Shown here: positions 28,010-37,750 of the stretch, in pieces | How the letters are laid out: every line of letters starts with the position of its first letter | How positions within the stretch are numbered: the stretch's first letter is position 1 | Source of the DNA: Bryobacterales bacterium | GTDB taxonomy: Bacteria; Acidobacteriota; Terriglobia; Bryobacterales; Bryobacteraceae | Length of the DNA stretch: 64,000 nt | Assembly: GCA_020847315.1 (NCBI GenBank) | Contig: JADLCF010000223.1 | Location: 11,083-75,082 of the forward strand | Reading direction: 5' to 3' | Notes under the pieces: model-generated | Databases searched by the model: none | What the model was told of the DNA's origin: nothing | What the model saw: only the letters and a program-made list of their open reading frames with translations | Translations under genes and position numbers: made by a program

Positions 28010-28104
28010 CCTCCCCACCCGCACTCTACCTATTTGGCTGCGCACTGCCTACCCGGCCGCGCACTATCCATTCGGCCGCGACCTGCCTATTTGGCCGCGA
28101 CCTC
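28010..28104. repeat. 5 x 19-nt degenerate tandem repeat spanning the adaptor-gene stop codon and the intercistronic gap
   Basis: The units are cctccccacccgcactcta, cctatttggctgcgcactg, cctacccggccgcgcacta, tccattcggccgcgacctg and cctatttggccgcgacctc, at 28010, 28029, 28048, 28067 and 28086 with an exact 19-nt period. Confidence 0.8.
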
Positions 28105-29310
28105 GACCGGCGTCCCGCCCACCAGATTGCCCGGTTGAACGACGACACGATCACCCGCTTTCAGGCCTTCCACGATCTCAATGCGCCCGTCAGCCCGCCG
28201 GCCGGAGCGTACCAGACGCTCAACGGATTTGCCCTCTTCGACGAGAAAGACTTTCTCAATACCCGCGAACACGACGAGCGCGGAACCCGGCACGAAGATC
28301 GCCTGCTCCCCGGCTTTCGTCACAAGCGAAGCCTGAACGAAAGACCCGGGCTTCAGCCTCCCCGAATCGTTCGGAATAGTGGCTTCCACAAGCAGGGTAC
28401 GGTTCGTCGGATCGATGGCGGGTGAGAGCCGGGAAACCACGCCGCTATACGTATTGGTGTCGTTCTCCAGGCGCAACGTGATGCTCTGCCCGACGCGCAC
28501 ACCCGAGGCCGCGCGTTCCGGCACGGGGAGTTGCAGCCGCAGCGGCGACATCCGCACGATGGTGACCACGCTCGAACCCGGCGCGACATACTGCCCAACC
28601 GAACCCTCGCGCGCGAGAACGGCGCCCGCGATGGGGGCGCGCAGTTCCGAATCGGCCAGCCGCTGGCGAGCCAGTTGCAGCTCCGTCTTCCGCTGGGCCA
28701 GCGTGGCCTGGCGGTTGCGAATCTCCTCGATTGCATCCTGATGACGGCCATCGGCGATGCGGAAGTTCGCGTCGGCGGTGTCGAAATCCGCCTTGGAGAT
28801 CAACTTCTGGTCAAACATCTGCTGCGCGCGGTCACGGCTGAGCCGGGCTTCATCGAGCGCCGCCTTCGCCTGAAGGACGAGAGGCGCGCGTTCCACGCTC
28901 ACCTGCGCATCGGCTTGGTTGGCCGTGAGCCCGAGGCGCGCGCGCGCCTGTTCGAGAGCGGCGGCCGCCTGCGCCACGGCAAGGTCGAAATCAGTCCGAT
29001 CCAAACCCGCGAGCAACTGGCCGGGTTTCACGGTATCGCCCAAGTCCACCGGCAACCGGTCAATGCGGCCGGCAACCTTGAACGCGACCGCCACTTGGTC
29101 TTGCGCGGCCAGCGTTCCGTTTACTTCCACCGTACGGCTGATGCTGCCCATCGCCGCAGGCGTTACTTTCACATTGCGGCTCTTAATCGCACCTTCGCCG
29201 CCCGGCCCTCTTGTACCGGCCGCGGTGGCCGCCCGTTCCGTCTGGCAGCCGCTTAGCACCAGCAAGAAAATTACCGCAACGATTCCGCCAACTTGCGCAC
29301 GTGTCAACAC
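28087..29310 (-). CDS. RND efflux periplasmic adaptor (membrane fusion protein, HlyD family), lipoprotein
   Basis: GTG 29310 has AAGGA 5 nt upstream and gives 'VLTRAQVGGIVAVIFLLVLSGC' (lipobox LSGC). Coiled-coil hairpin and beta-barrel segments follow ('LRAPIAGAVLAR', 'GLKAGDRVVVQP'). Confidence 0.9.
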   Translation of the reverse strand: MLTRAQVGGIVAVIFLLVLSGCQTERAATAAGTRGPGGEGAIKSRNVKVTPAAMGSISRTVEVNGTLAAQDQVAVAFKVAGRIDRLPVDLGDTVKPGQLLAGLDRTDFDLAVAQAAAALEQARARLGLTANQADAQVSVERAPLVLQAKAALDEARLSRDRAQQMFDQKLISKADFDTADANFRIADGRHQDAIEEIRNRQATLAQRKTELQLARQRLADSELRAPIAGAVLAREGSVGQYVAPGSSVVTIVRMSPLRLQLPVPERAASGVRVGQSITLRLENDTNTYSGVVSRLSPAIDPTNRTLLVEATIPNDSGRLKPGSFVQASLVTKAGEQAIFVPGSALVVFAGIEKVFLVEEGKSVERLVRSGRRADGRIEIVEGLKAGDRVVVQPGNLVGGTPVEVAAK

Positions 29311-29559
29311 ATCAATCCTTGTAAGAGAAAGTCTCTCCGGCCCATCGGGATCTCGAACCCAGCCAAAAAGAGAAACCACAGCAGTAGAAAAAAGTAATGA
29401 CTGCGAAGCTGGGGCAGTCGTTACCGGAACCGCAACCCGGGAATCGTAAATTGCGAATCGTTTTTCGTACTTTCTATTGTGACGGAAACCGTGGCGGCCG
29501 CGCAGCCCCACGGATCGCGAGGCTCGCGCTTCCGCCCGGGGCGCCGAACCCAGCGGCGG

Positions 29560-30999
29560 CTAGGCGAGCGCTTTACGGATCAACTCCCCTTCGACATCCG
29601 TGAGCCGGAACTCGCGGCCCTGGAATTTGTAGGTGAGTTTTGTATGGTCGATGCCCATCAGGTGGAGGATGGTGGCGTGAAGGTCGTGGACGCTTACCGG
29701 ATCTTCCGCGATGTTATAACCGAGATCGTCGGTCTTGCCCACGGTGACCCCGGGCTTGATGCCGCCACCGGCCATCCACATGGTGAAGGCGCGGGGGTGA
29801 TGGTCCCGGCCCAGGAACTTCGATCCACTGCGGGCTTCGTTCATCGGGGTTCGCCCGAACTCGCCACCCCAGACGACGATGGTTGAATCGAGTAGACCGC
29901 GTTGCTTCAAGTCCGTTACCAGCGCCGCCGCCGCACGGTCCGTTTCATTGCAGAGGTAGGAGAGCTTGTTGACGATATCCTCGTTGTTCGACGAGCCGTG
30001 GGTATCCCAACCGCGGTGGTAGAGTTGCACGAAGCGGACACCCCGCTCCACCAGCCTCCGCGCCAGCAGGCAATTGTTTGCAAAGGAGGGCTTGCCAGGG
30101 GAAGCTCCGTACATTTCATGAATGGCGGCGGGTTCCTTCGATAGATCCGTCAACTCCGGTACGCTCGATTGCATGCGGAAGGCGAGTTCGTAGGAGTTGA
30201 TGCGCGTCTCAATCTCCGGGTCTCCCACTTCGCGGAAATGGCTCTCGTTCAACCCCTTGAGCAAATCGAGCGATCGGCGGCGGCGCTCCCGGTCAATGCC
30301 TTCGGGGTCCGATAGAAAGAGAACCGGATCTCCCTGCCTCCGGAACTCCACGCCTTGGTAGACGGTGGGCAGGAAGCCGCTTCCCCAGCAGCTCTTGCCG
30401 CCGTCGGGCTGATTCTGGCCGGAGAGAAGCACCACGAAGCCGGGCAGATCGGCATTCTCGCTACCCAATCCGTACTGTAGCCAGGCGCCCATGCTGGGGC
30501 GGCCGGGAATCTGATGGCCGCTATTCATGAAAATCTGCGCGGGCGAATGATTGAACTGCGTCGTGTACAGCGACTTGACGATGGCGATGTCGTCGGCGAT
30601 CTTCGCGGTGTGAGGAATCAGGCTTGAAAGCTCCGCGCCGGACTTGCCGTAGCGCTGAAAGCTGTGTGGAGATCCGAGCAGTTTGGGCGTGCCCTTGATG
30701 AAGGCGAAGCGCTCCCCCTTGGTGACGTCTTCGGGCACGGGCTGGCCATCGTACTTGTTAAGGAGCGGCTTGTAATCAAACAGATCCAATTGCGAGGGGG
30801 CGCCGGCCATGAAGAGAAAGATCACGCTCTTTGCCTTGGCGGGATGGTCCGGGCCGGCTGGCCTTGGCGTGGCGGCCTGTAGCCCTTGGCCGGATAGCGC
30901 CGCCAAGGCGGCGGCCCCGATGCCGAACTGGCCGGCCTGGCCAAAGAAATGGCGGCGCGTGATGGCTTGTAGGATTCGCTGTGAACGCTCGTCTCGCAT
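29560..30999 (-). CDS. DUF1501 domain-containing protein (sulfatase-fold), RR-signal
   Basis: '[22 protein letters not shown]', '[20 protein letters not shown]', 'WDTHG' and 'GGEFGRTP' are typical DUF1501 blocks. ATG 30999 has GAGGAA upstream; GTG 31011 is an alternative start. The gene begins 3-15 nt after the upstream stop. Confidence 0.9.
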   Translation of the reverse strand: MRDERSQRILQAITRRHFFGQAGQFGIGAAALAALSGQGLQAATPRPAGPDHPAKAKSVIFLFMAGAPSQLDLFDYKPLLNKYDGQPVPEDVTKGERFAFIKGTPKLLGSPHSFQRYGKSGAELSSLIPHTAKIADDIAIVKSLYTTQFNHSPAQIFMNSGHQIPGRPSMGAWLQYGLGSENADLPGFVVLLSGQNQPDGGKSCWGSGFLPTVYQGVEFRRQGDPVLFLSDPEGIDRERRRRSLDLLKGLNESHFREVGDPEIETRINSYELAFRMQSSVPELTDLSKEPAAIHEMYGASPGKPSFANNCLLARRLVERGVRFVQLYHRGWDTHGSSNNEDIVNKLSYLCNETDRAAAALVTDLKQRGLLDSTIVVWGGEFGRTPMNEARSGSKFLGRDHHPRAFTMWMAGGGIKPGVTVGKTDDLGYNIAEDPVSVHDLHATILHLMGIDHTKLTYKFQGREFRLTDVEGELIRKALA

Positions 31000-31014
31000 C
31001 TCGTTCCTCACCGG

Positions 31015-34000
31015 CTACTGTTTGGTAACCGTCTCATCCATATTCAGCAGGACATTGGATACCAGGGTCCAGGCGGCTACTTCCGCCGGATCCTCTCCCG
31101 GGGCTGGGCCTTGACCGGCCAAGCTGGTGGCGGCTTCGGGGTCTTTCCGCAAACGGTCGCGTTCCCGTTCCAGCCAACCCGTGATTTCCTTGAGCTGCGC
31201 GGGGGGCGCCTGGCGCGCCGTCAGGACGCGGAAGGCATACGAAGCTCGTGAAGCTTCGCTTTCGCCGCCTTCCGCCAGCACGCGCCGGGCAAGGGCGCGA
31301 GCGGCTTCAAAGAACGCCGGATCGTTGAGCCCATTCAGCGCTTGCAGCGGCGTGTTGGTGCGCGTGCGGCGAATGGTGCAGGTTTCCCGGCTGGGCGCGT
31401 CGAACGTCACCATGCTGGGGTATGGCGAAGAGCGGCGCAGGAACGTATAGAGCCCCCGCCGGTACCGGTCGTCCCCGTGGCTTTCCTCCCACTTGGCGCT
31501 ACTGTAGGGTACATCCCAGATTCCTTCCGGCTGGTAGGGGTAAACGCTCGGCCCGCCGATCTTGCCGCTGAGCAACCCGCTGGACGCGAGCGCGACATCG
31601 CGGATCATCTCCGCCTCCATGCGAAAACGCGGGCCTCGCGCCAGCAGGCGGTTATACGGGTCCCGCTCCGCTAAGGCGGGCGCCACGGCCGAACTCTGCC
31701 GGTAGGCATTCGACATCACGATGAGCTTCTGCATGTGCTTCCAGTTCCAGCCGGATTCCATGAATTCCACGGCGAGCCAATCCAGTAGCTCGGGGTGGGA
31801 GGGCAGCGCGCCCTGCGTGCCGAAGTCCTCGCTGGTCTCTACGAGGCCAATGCCGAAATAGGTCTCCCAGAAGCGATTCACCATCACGCGAGCGGTGAGC
31901 GGATTCTCTTTGCTCACCAGCCACCGCGCGAGCCCTAGACGATTCGGCATGGCATCCGCCGGGAGCGGATTCAATACCTTTGGCACATTGGCGTACACGA
32001 TTTCACCGGGGCTCAGAAAACTTCCTCGAATGCGCAATGGGGTTGCCGGGCGGGCAAAACCCGGCTTCTCCCGCATCACCATCGCGGAGACGATGCCAAG
32101 ATCCCGCAATTCGCGCTCGCGCAACTTCAATTCGTCGCGCGCATCGGCCAGCAGCGGCGTGCTGGAGGCGAAGCTTTCGAAGATCTGCTTTGCCTGCTCC
32201 GCATTGCGCGCGCCTTCCTCCACCCGCAGCAGGGGCCTCCTGCGCGCGGATAGCTCCGCAATGAACTCCGGTTTCGCACTACCCGAAAGGGCTATCCGGA
32301 AGCGGCCAATTCCCTGCTTCGCGAAGTGCGATGCATGAAGCATCGTCACACGGATCCGGGAGCTGCCGCCGAGGGTTACAGCCTGGTTAAAGGGCACGAT
32401 CAGGCGGCGGGAAAGCCGCTGATCTTCGCGCGACGCGTCCACGATCCAAAGCTGCTCGTCTCCGCGCTCTTTCGCCCGCTCGCCCGGCGCCGCGGGCAGC
32501 GGATGAATGGGCTCGTCGAGGGATTTTTTCTCTCCAGGCTCCGGGGGTTCCGGCTTCTCGAATACGTCCCCCATCCGTCCATCGTCCGCTCGCGCATAGT
32601 CCCACTCGACGGCGCGCCAGTCGTTCGGCCTGCCGCTCGGGCTGACTTCAACGGTGAGATCGGTAAGGGTGAAGTTTCCGTAGAGGTCGCGCCCGGGTCC
32701 GCCGCGGGGGAGGCTCGCATCGGGAAGCGCCTCGATCATCAACGCGGCCGCTGGACCGGAAAGCGAGGCGCTCCCCGTGAGCAGATAGGTATCGCTGGAC
32801 GGATTCGCGCCACTCGCCAGAACGCTGCCGTCTTTTCCGGCAGTGAGCGTGCTGCCACTCGTCGATTCCGCCTGGTCGAAGCGCACCGTGATCCACTGAT
32901 TCTCCTCGGCGGTCTGCGCCTGCTCCCATTGGCGGCGGGCGCCGGCCAGCGCCGGAGTTTCCGTTCGCAGTGTTGCTTCCAGAGCTTCGATTTGAGACCG
33001 CAGCTCGGTGCGCCGCGCGGCCTGAGCGTCCGAAGGCAAATCGAGCGACGGCTCCACCCAGGTGGTGGACGTATCGCCGCTCGTCTTGATTTCCATCTCG
33101 CCGTTCGCGAAGAAGGCGTAAAGCTGGTAATACTCCTTCTGCGTGAACGGGTCGAATTTATGGTTGTGGCATTGTGCGCAGGCGATCGTGGAGCCCAGCC
33201 AGACCGTAGCCGTTGTATTCACGCGATCCACAAGAACATCGTTGTAGGATTCGGCGGGGTCCACGCCGCCTTCCTGGTTGAACATCGTGTTGCGATTGAA
33301 GCCCGTGGCGATCCGCTGGCTTTCCGTGGGATTCGGCAGCATGTCGCCGGCAATCTGCTCGATAGTGAACTCGTCGAAGGGCATGTTCGCGTTCAGGGCG
33401 TCGATCACCCAATCCCGGTACTTCCACATCACCCTGGGAAGGTCTTTCTCGAAGCCGTGGGAATCGGCATAACGCGCCCAATCAAGCCACGGCCTGGCCC
33501 AGCGTTCGCCGTAGTGCTTCGAAGCGAGGAGGCGATCCACCAGCTTTTCGTAAGCGCCTTCGCTCGTATCGGCAAGAAATGCATCAATCTCCGCCGGGGC
33601 TGGCGGCAGGCCCGTGAGGTCCAGGCTGACGCGGCGAATCAGGATTTCCTTCGAGGCCGCTTTCGAAGGAGAAAGCCCTTCTTTTTCCAGGCGGGCCAGG
33701 ACGAATGCGTCGATTGGATTAGCCACCCATTGCGCGTTCCCGACCGATGGAAGGGCGGGCCGCTTCGGCTTCACATAGCTCCAGTGGGTGGCGATCGCAG
33801 CGGTGGCATCGGGCTGCTCCGCTCCCGGCCAGGCCGCGCCTTCCTCCACCCAGCGGGAGAGCAGTGCGATCTGTGCTTCGCTCAGCGGCGTGCGCTGCAA
33901 GGGCATGCGGCGTTCTCCGCCCTGCCCCCGCACGCGGTGCAATAGCCGGCTGCCCTTCGCGTCACCGGGCAGAATCACCTTTCCGCCGAGACCGCCCTTC

Positions 34001-34536
34001 AGCGCCGCGGCGCCCACATCCAGGCGCAACTGCGATTGCGGCTTCGGCCCGGAGTGGCATTCATAGCAATTCGCCCGGAAGATGGGCTCGATGTCGCGAT
34101 GGAAATCCACCGTGGTTCCGCCGGGCGCGCTCGCTGCCGCGGCAACCGCAACGGGTGCGCCAGGATCCACTGCGGGCATGCCGTCGATCCACTGCTTGAT
34201 GAGGGCGATCGTTTCCTCGGGAATCGGCTGGCTGCCGAGCGGCATCCGGAGCGTTCGGTCCGGCGTCACGAGGCGCTGATAAATCGGGCTGCCCGCGCTG
34301 TTGCCGGGAAGGAGGGCGGGTCCGGACGCACCGCCACGCCGGATGGCGTCGAGCGAATCCACTGCGAGCTTGCCTTGCGCGATTGCGCCTGAATGACAGG
34401 CGACACAGTTCTTCGCGAAGACCGGAGCGATATCGGTCTCGTAATTCGTCGCGGCAATCGCGTGAACTGGCGTCTGCGACAGCGCAGCCGCGAGCGCGAC
34501 GGCGGAAAGCCATCCCTTACCCATGCATCCCCTCAT
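31015..34536 (-). CDS. PSCyt (planctomycete cytochrome c) x2 + DUF1549 + DUF1553 domain protein
   Basis: 'CVACHSG' and 'CYECHSG' haem-c-like motifs, '[11 protein letters not shown]' (DUF1549 block) and a long DUF1553-like C-terminus. Signal peptide '[21 protein letters not shown]'. ATG 34524 is an alternative start. Confidence 0.9.
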   Translation of the reverse strand: MRGCMGKGWLSAVALAAALSQTPVHAIAATNYETDIAPVFAKNCVACHSGAIAQGKLAVDSLDAIRRGGASGPALLPGNSAGSPIYQRLVTPDRTLRMPLGSQPIPEETIALIKQWIDGMPAVDPGAPVAVAAAASAPGGTTVDFHRDIEPIFRANCYECHSGPKPQSQLRLDVGAAALKGGLGGKVILPGDAKGSRLLHRVRGQGGERRMPLQRTPLSEAQIALLSRWVEEGAAWPGAEQPDATAAIATHWSYVKPKRPALPSVGNAQWVANPIDAFVLARLEKEGLSPSKAASKEILIRRVSLDLTGLPPAPAEIDAFLADTSEGAYEKLVDRLLASKHYGERWARPWLDWARYADSHGFEKDLPRVMWKYRDWVIDALNANMPFDEFTIEQIAGDMLPNPTESQRIATGFNRNTMFNQEGGVDPAESYNDVLVDRVNTTATVWLGSTIACAQCHNHKFDPFTQKEYYQLYAFFANGEMEIKTSGDTSTTWVEPSLDLPSDAQAARRTELRSQIEALEATLRTETPALAGARRQWEQAQTAEENQWITVRFDQAESTSGSTLTAGKDGSVLASGANPSSDTYLLTGSASLSGPAAALMIEALPDASLPRGGPGRDLYGNFTLTDLTVEVSPSGRPNDWRAVEWDYARADDGRMGDVFEKPEPPEPGEKKSLDEPIHPLPAAPGERAKERGDEQLWIVDASREDQRLSRRLIVPFNQAVTLGGSSRIRVTMLHASHFAKQGIGRFRIALSGSAKPEFIAELSARRRPLLRVEEGARNAEQAKQIFESFASSTPLLADARDELKLRERELRDLGIVSAMVMREKPGFARPATPLRIRGSFLSPGEIVYANVPKVLNPLPADAMPNRLGLARWLVSKENPLTARVMVNRFWETYFGIGLVETSEDFGTQGALPSHPELLDWLAVEFMESGWNWKHMQKLIVMSNAYRQSSAVAPALAERDPYNRLLARGPRFRMEAEMIRDVALASSGLLSGKIGGPSVYPYQPEGIWDVPYSSAKWEESHGDDRYRRGLYTFLRRSSPYPSMVTFDAPSRETCTIRRTRTNTPLQALNGLNDPAFFEAARALARRVLAEGGESEASRASYAFRVLTARQAPPAQLKEITGWLERERDRLRKDPEAATSLAGQGPAPGEDPAEVAAWTLVSNVLLNMDETVTKQ

Positions 34537-34548
34537 CTCGTGGGGTTC

Positions 34549-34577
34549 ATTCTATAATCGCCGCGCGCGGGATTCAA
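34549..34577 (-). promoter_or_regulatory. candidate sigma70-type promoter for the DUF1553/DUF1501 operon
   Basis: On the minus strand this reads TTGAAT (34577-34572), 17 nt, TAGAAT (34554-34549), about 12-25 nt upstream of the two candidate ATGs. Confidence 0.35.
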
Positions 34578-34673
34578 CGGGACTACCGAGGATTTCCGGG
34601 AGATTCGTGCTGAATTCTCATCGTCGAATCGAGCCAAGGGAGGCAGGAAGCGGGCTTCGAACAGTGGTAGTGT

Positions 34674-35630
34674 ATGAGGATCATGCTGAAGACCCGCCGT
34701 TCGTTCCTGCAGTTGATGGGAGGTCTTGGAGCCGCTGTTCCGGCGGGTTTGTTGACGCCCGACATGATTGCGGCGCCTCGCGCTTCCGGCTTTCGCTTCG
34801 CGGTGATCGCGGATACTCACATCTGCGACGGCTACTATAAGCTGCCGGAGCGCAGCGGGGCGGACACCAGTGTGTTGATGTCGCGCGAAAGCCTCATCCG
34901 CACCCGAACCGCGATCCATGCGCTCGACCCCGCGCCGGACATGGTTTTCGTGGTGGGCGATTTCTTCCACGACTACCCGTCGCGGGATTACGACTTCTAC
35001 TTCAAGAACGTCACCCGCATAGACAACGCAAAGGCCATCACGGACCGCTTCAAGATGAAGGTCTACCCCGGATTCGGTAATCACGATTACGATGTGCCGA
35101 ATGTGGATCGCTCGTTCTCTCATCGCCTGTTTGCGCAGAAACTCGGCGTGAAGCCTTACTACGCGGTGGATCATAAGGGCTGCCGCTTCCTGATGCTGAA
35201 TAATTTCCTGGGCGAGACCTGGAATGCCGCGAACAAGGACGCCTTCAAGAAGAACGTGGGCTCCTACGGCGAAGAGCAGTTACAGTGGGTGGAAGCGCAA
35301 CTGGCGGCGCGGAAGCAGACGTTCGTCTTCACGCACTTTCCGCTCTCCAATGTCGCCGCCACCGAGGTAAAGGATTTCGGGCTGCTTCCGCTCCTGAAGA
35401 AATACGCAGGGAATATTCACTTCCTCACGGCGGGCCATTGGCACCGCTGGCACGACTTCAAGACCGAATACGGCCCGCAGCACTACGTGATGGGAGCCAC
35501 GCGCTATGACGCTGACGCTTACCTGGTGGTGGATGTGGACGTGAAAGCGGCGAATTGGAAAATCCGCAACCTGCACTGCTTCCATTGGGATACCCGTGAA
35601 GCGGACCCGTTCGTGGAAGCACGCGCGTAG
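34674..35630 (+). CDS. metallophosphoesterase (calcineurin-like), RR-signal
   Basis: 'KTRRSFLQLMGGLGAAVPAG', 'FAVIADTHI', 'VGDFFHD', 'GNHDYD' and 'GHWHRWH'. Confidence 0.8.
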   Translation: MRIMLKTRRSFLQLMGGLGAAVPAGLLTPDMIAAPRASGFRFAVIADTHICDGYYKLPERSGADTSVLMSRESLIRTRTAIHALDPAPDMVFVVGDFFHDYPSRDYDFYFKNVTRIDNAKAITDRFKMKVYPGFGNHDYDVPNVDRSFSHRLFAQKLGVKPYYAVDHKGCRFLMLNNFLGETWNAANKDAFKKNVGSYGEEQLQWVEAQLAARKQTFVFTHFPLSNVAATEVKDFGLLPLLKKYAGNIHFLTAGHWHRWHDFKTEYGPQHYVMGATRYDADAYLVVDVDVKAANWKIRNLHCFHWDTREADPFVEARA

Positions 35631-35650
35631 GCGCCGCCGCGCGGTTCGGC

Positions 35651-36013
35651 TTAGGCGGGTTTTGCGGTGTCCGAAGACTTCGCCGCACTCCCGCCGGAGT
35701 TGCTGGCAGAGGAAGAATCGCTCGACGTTTTCGCCGCGGGATCGGATGTAGACGTTTCGCCGCTGCCGGATCCGCCGCCGTCGTGCTTCGATGCGGAATC
35801 GCCCTTCCCGTGCGAAGAGCCGTTGCCTGCCTTGGCGTAGTCGTTCACATACCATCCGCTTCCCTTGAAGACCAAGGCCGGGGCGGAAGTGACGCGGTGA
35901 ACCGCTCCCGCTTTTCCGCATTCCTGACAGACTGTATCGGCGGGATCGGAGAACTTCTGCCGCTTCTCATACGTTTTCCCGCATTCCGAACACTTGTACT
36001 CGTAAATTGGCAT
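35651..36013 (-). CDS. FmdB-family zinc-ribbon protein with Ser/Gly/Asp-rich tail
   Basis: 'MPIYEYKCSECGKTYEKRQKFSD..VCQECG' (C-x2-C ... C-x2-C), followed by a low-complexity tail of about 60 aa. Confidence 0.8.
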   Translation of the reverse strand: MPIYEYKCSECGKTYEKRQKFSDPADTVCQECGKAGAVHRVTSAPALVFKGSGWYVNDYAKAGNGSSHGKGDSASKHDGGGSGSGETSTSDPAAKTSSDSSSASNSGGSAAKSSDTAKPA

Positions 36014-36226
36014 CAAACTTCTCTTTGGTCGAACTCTCAAGCGAACCGGAACCACGCACGCGCGCGAACGAGCCCAATCACGGGGCTTCTCCGGGATTGG
36101 ATGAAACCGCTCGCGGGAACTTGTTGGTTTTGGAAACGCGCCACGGTGGAAACCCAGCAGCTAACCGCTATTATCGCACCGCCCGTGAAACCGGGAAAGC
36201 GGCGCGCGCCAGGTTCCCCTGGGCGT

Positions 36227-37528
36227 TCAAGCGCCCGCGACCGCCAGGGAGGGCGGCGTTGCGGAGCGGCGCATGGCCACCTTATCTCCATCCTTGGCAT
36301 CGCCCTTCGGGGCGCCGCTCGTCAGGACTTCGATCGCCTTCTTCACCACCTTGTCGGCTTCGGGAGCGGGGCGGTTATGGCGGAACGCGCGAATGTCAAA
36401 CGTCGCCCCTTCGCCTTCTTCTTCCGCTTCCTCGCGGGCGAAATCGGAGATCAGCACGGTGGGCGTCACGCCCCGGTCCTGGATCGCTTCTTTCGCGGAA
36501 CTTGTGTAGTACTTGCCGAGCGTAAGGATCAGCGCGGAGCCGTCATCCATGCTCACGACGCTGCGCAAGCCGGCGTCGCCGTATGTGCGGTCCCCCACCA
36601 CTTCGGCCCGCTTGGCAGCTTGCAGCGCGGCGGCGGCGATTTCCGCTCCATTCGCAGTTCCCCGATTGGTAATCACCACGAGCGGCGCCTTCGTGATGGT
36701 CCCCTCGGCCGTGGCCGTGAACACTTTCTTCGGCACCTTCTGGCCTTCCACCCAGGCCATTTCTCCCGAGTCGATGAACAGATCCGCCAGCTTCAGGCCT
36801 TCGTCGTCCACGCCAATCGAGGCGTTCCGGAGATCCAGCACGAAGCGCGTTGCGCCCTGGCGGGTGAGAGTCTGCACGGCCTTGCCAACCTGCTCCGCGC
36901 GTCCGGCAGTGAGGACTTCCGGCCGCACGTAACCTACGTTCCCTTCGATCAATTTTGAAAATACCGGTGGAATCGGGGCGCCGCCCAGCGTCAGCGACAT
37001 TTTCTCCGCGGCGGACGTGCCCAGGCGGATCACTTCCATGTTCACTTCAGGGCCACGCGCCCCCTTGAAAAGAATCTCCGCATAGGCCAGCGGCATATCC
37101 CGCGTGGAAATGCCATTGATGCTTTCGATCACATCGCCCGTACCTAAGCCCGCTTTATCGGCTGGAGAGCCGGGGATGACGCCGATGACGCCGATCATTC
37201 CGAAGCGGCGGGACAGGGCAAAACCCGCCACATTTTCCTGGCTGTCCTTATATTTCTGGTACTCGAAATACTGGTCCGCATTGAGGTAGCTTGCGTAGGG
37301 GTCGATCGCCTCCAGCATGCCGGTGAGCGCTCCGTTCGTGACGCTGCTCAAGTCCGGCTCCTCGACGTACTCGCTCTTGATGCGGCTCAACACCTCGGTG
37401 AACACCGCGATATGCGGATACGCACCTTTTCCATCGGACTTGGATCGAGCCAGCACCGCGCCCACGAGAAGGAGCACCACCATGACGAGCGAAAGGGAAA
37501 CAACGGCAAGTTTGACGCGGCTGTTCAT
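36227..37528 (-). CDS. S41 (carboxy-terminal processing peptidase) family homologue, apparently lacking the Ser/Lys dyad
   Basis: TM anchor, PDZ 'GVIPGSPADKAGLGTGDVIESINGIST', 'LDLRNASIG' and 'DGSALILTLGKYYTSS'. The dyad positions read 'GTANGAEI' and 'TYGDAG' (see findings). Confidence 0.85.
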   Translation of the reverse strand: MNSRVKLAVVSLSLVMVVLLLVGAVLARSKSDGKGAYPHIAVFTEVLSRIKSEYVEEPDLSSVTNGALTGMLEAIDPYASYLNADQYFEYQKYKDSQENVAGFALSRRFGMIGVIGVIPGSPADKAGLGTGDVIESINGISTRDMPLAYAEILFKGARGPEVNMEVIRLGTSAAEKMSLTLGGAPIPPVFSKLIEGNVGYVRPEVLTAGRAEQVGKAVQTLTRQGATRFVLDLRNASIGVDDEGLKLADLFIDSGEMAWVEGQKVPKKVFTATAEGTITKAPLVVITNRGTANGAEIAAAALQAAKRAEVVGDRTYGDAGLRSVVSMDDGSALILTLGKYYTSSAKEAIQDRGVTPTVLISDFAREEAEEEGEGATFDIRAFRHNRPAPEADKVVKKAIEVLTSGAPKGDAKDGDKVAMRRSATPPSLAVAGA

Positions 37529-37750
37529 AGAGTCCTTTAGACGGAAATCAAGCAGTCGTGAAGAGCGCCCAGCCCGATAGCGTCAGTATAGCAGCGGAGG
37601 AACCGGGAGCCATGCCCCCAGTTCCTCCCCGCAAAAAGACTTTCGCCGACGCGGACGGCGGTACTCCGCATATACAATGATTCAGACGCACGCCAAGCCG
37701 CGCCGTTTCTTTTCAGCGAAAATCGCCCCCTCCGGCTGAGGGAATTCCGC

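Noticed and set aside
28010-28104. Possible CRISPR array
   Set aside because: The 19-nt units are directly adjacent with no spacers and are degenerate. This is a tandem repeat, not a CRISPR array, and no cas genes are in the window.
32326-33945. 539-aa plus-strand ORF
   Set aside because: It is antisense to the PSCyt/DUF1553 gene, with a low-complexity R/G/A-rich translation and no motifs.
35651-35830. Ser/Gly/Asp-rich tail of the FmdB zinc-ribbon protein as a possible repeat element
   Set aside because: It is compositional low complexity within a real CDS, and no exact nucleotide periodicity was seen.
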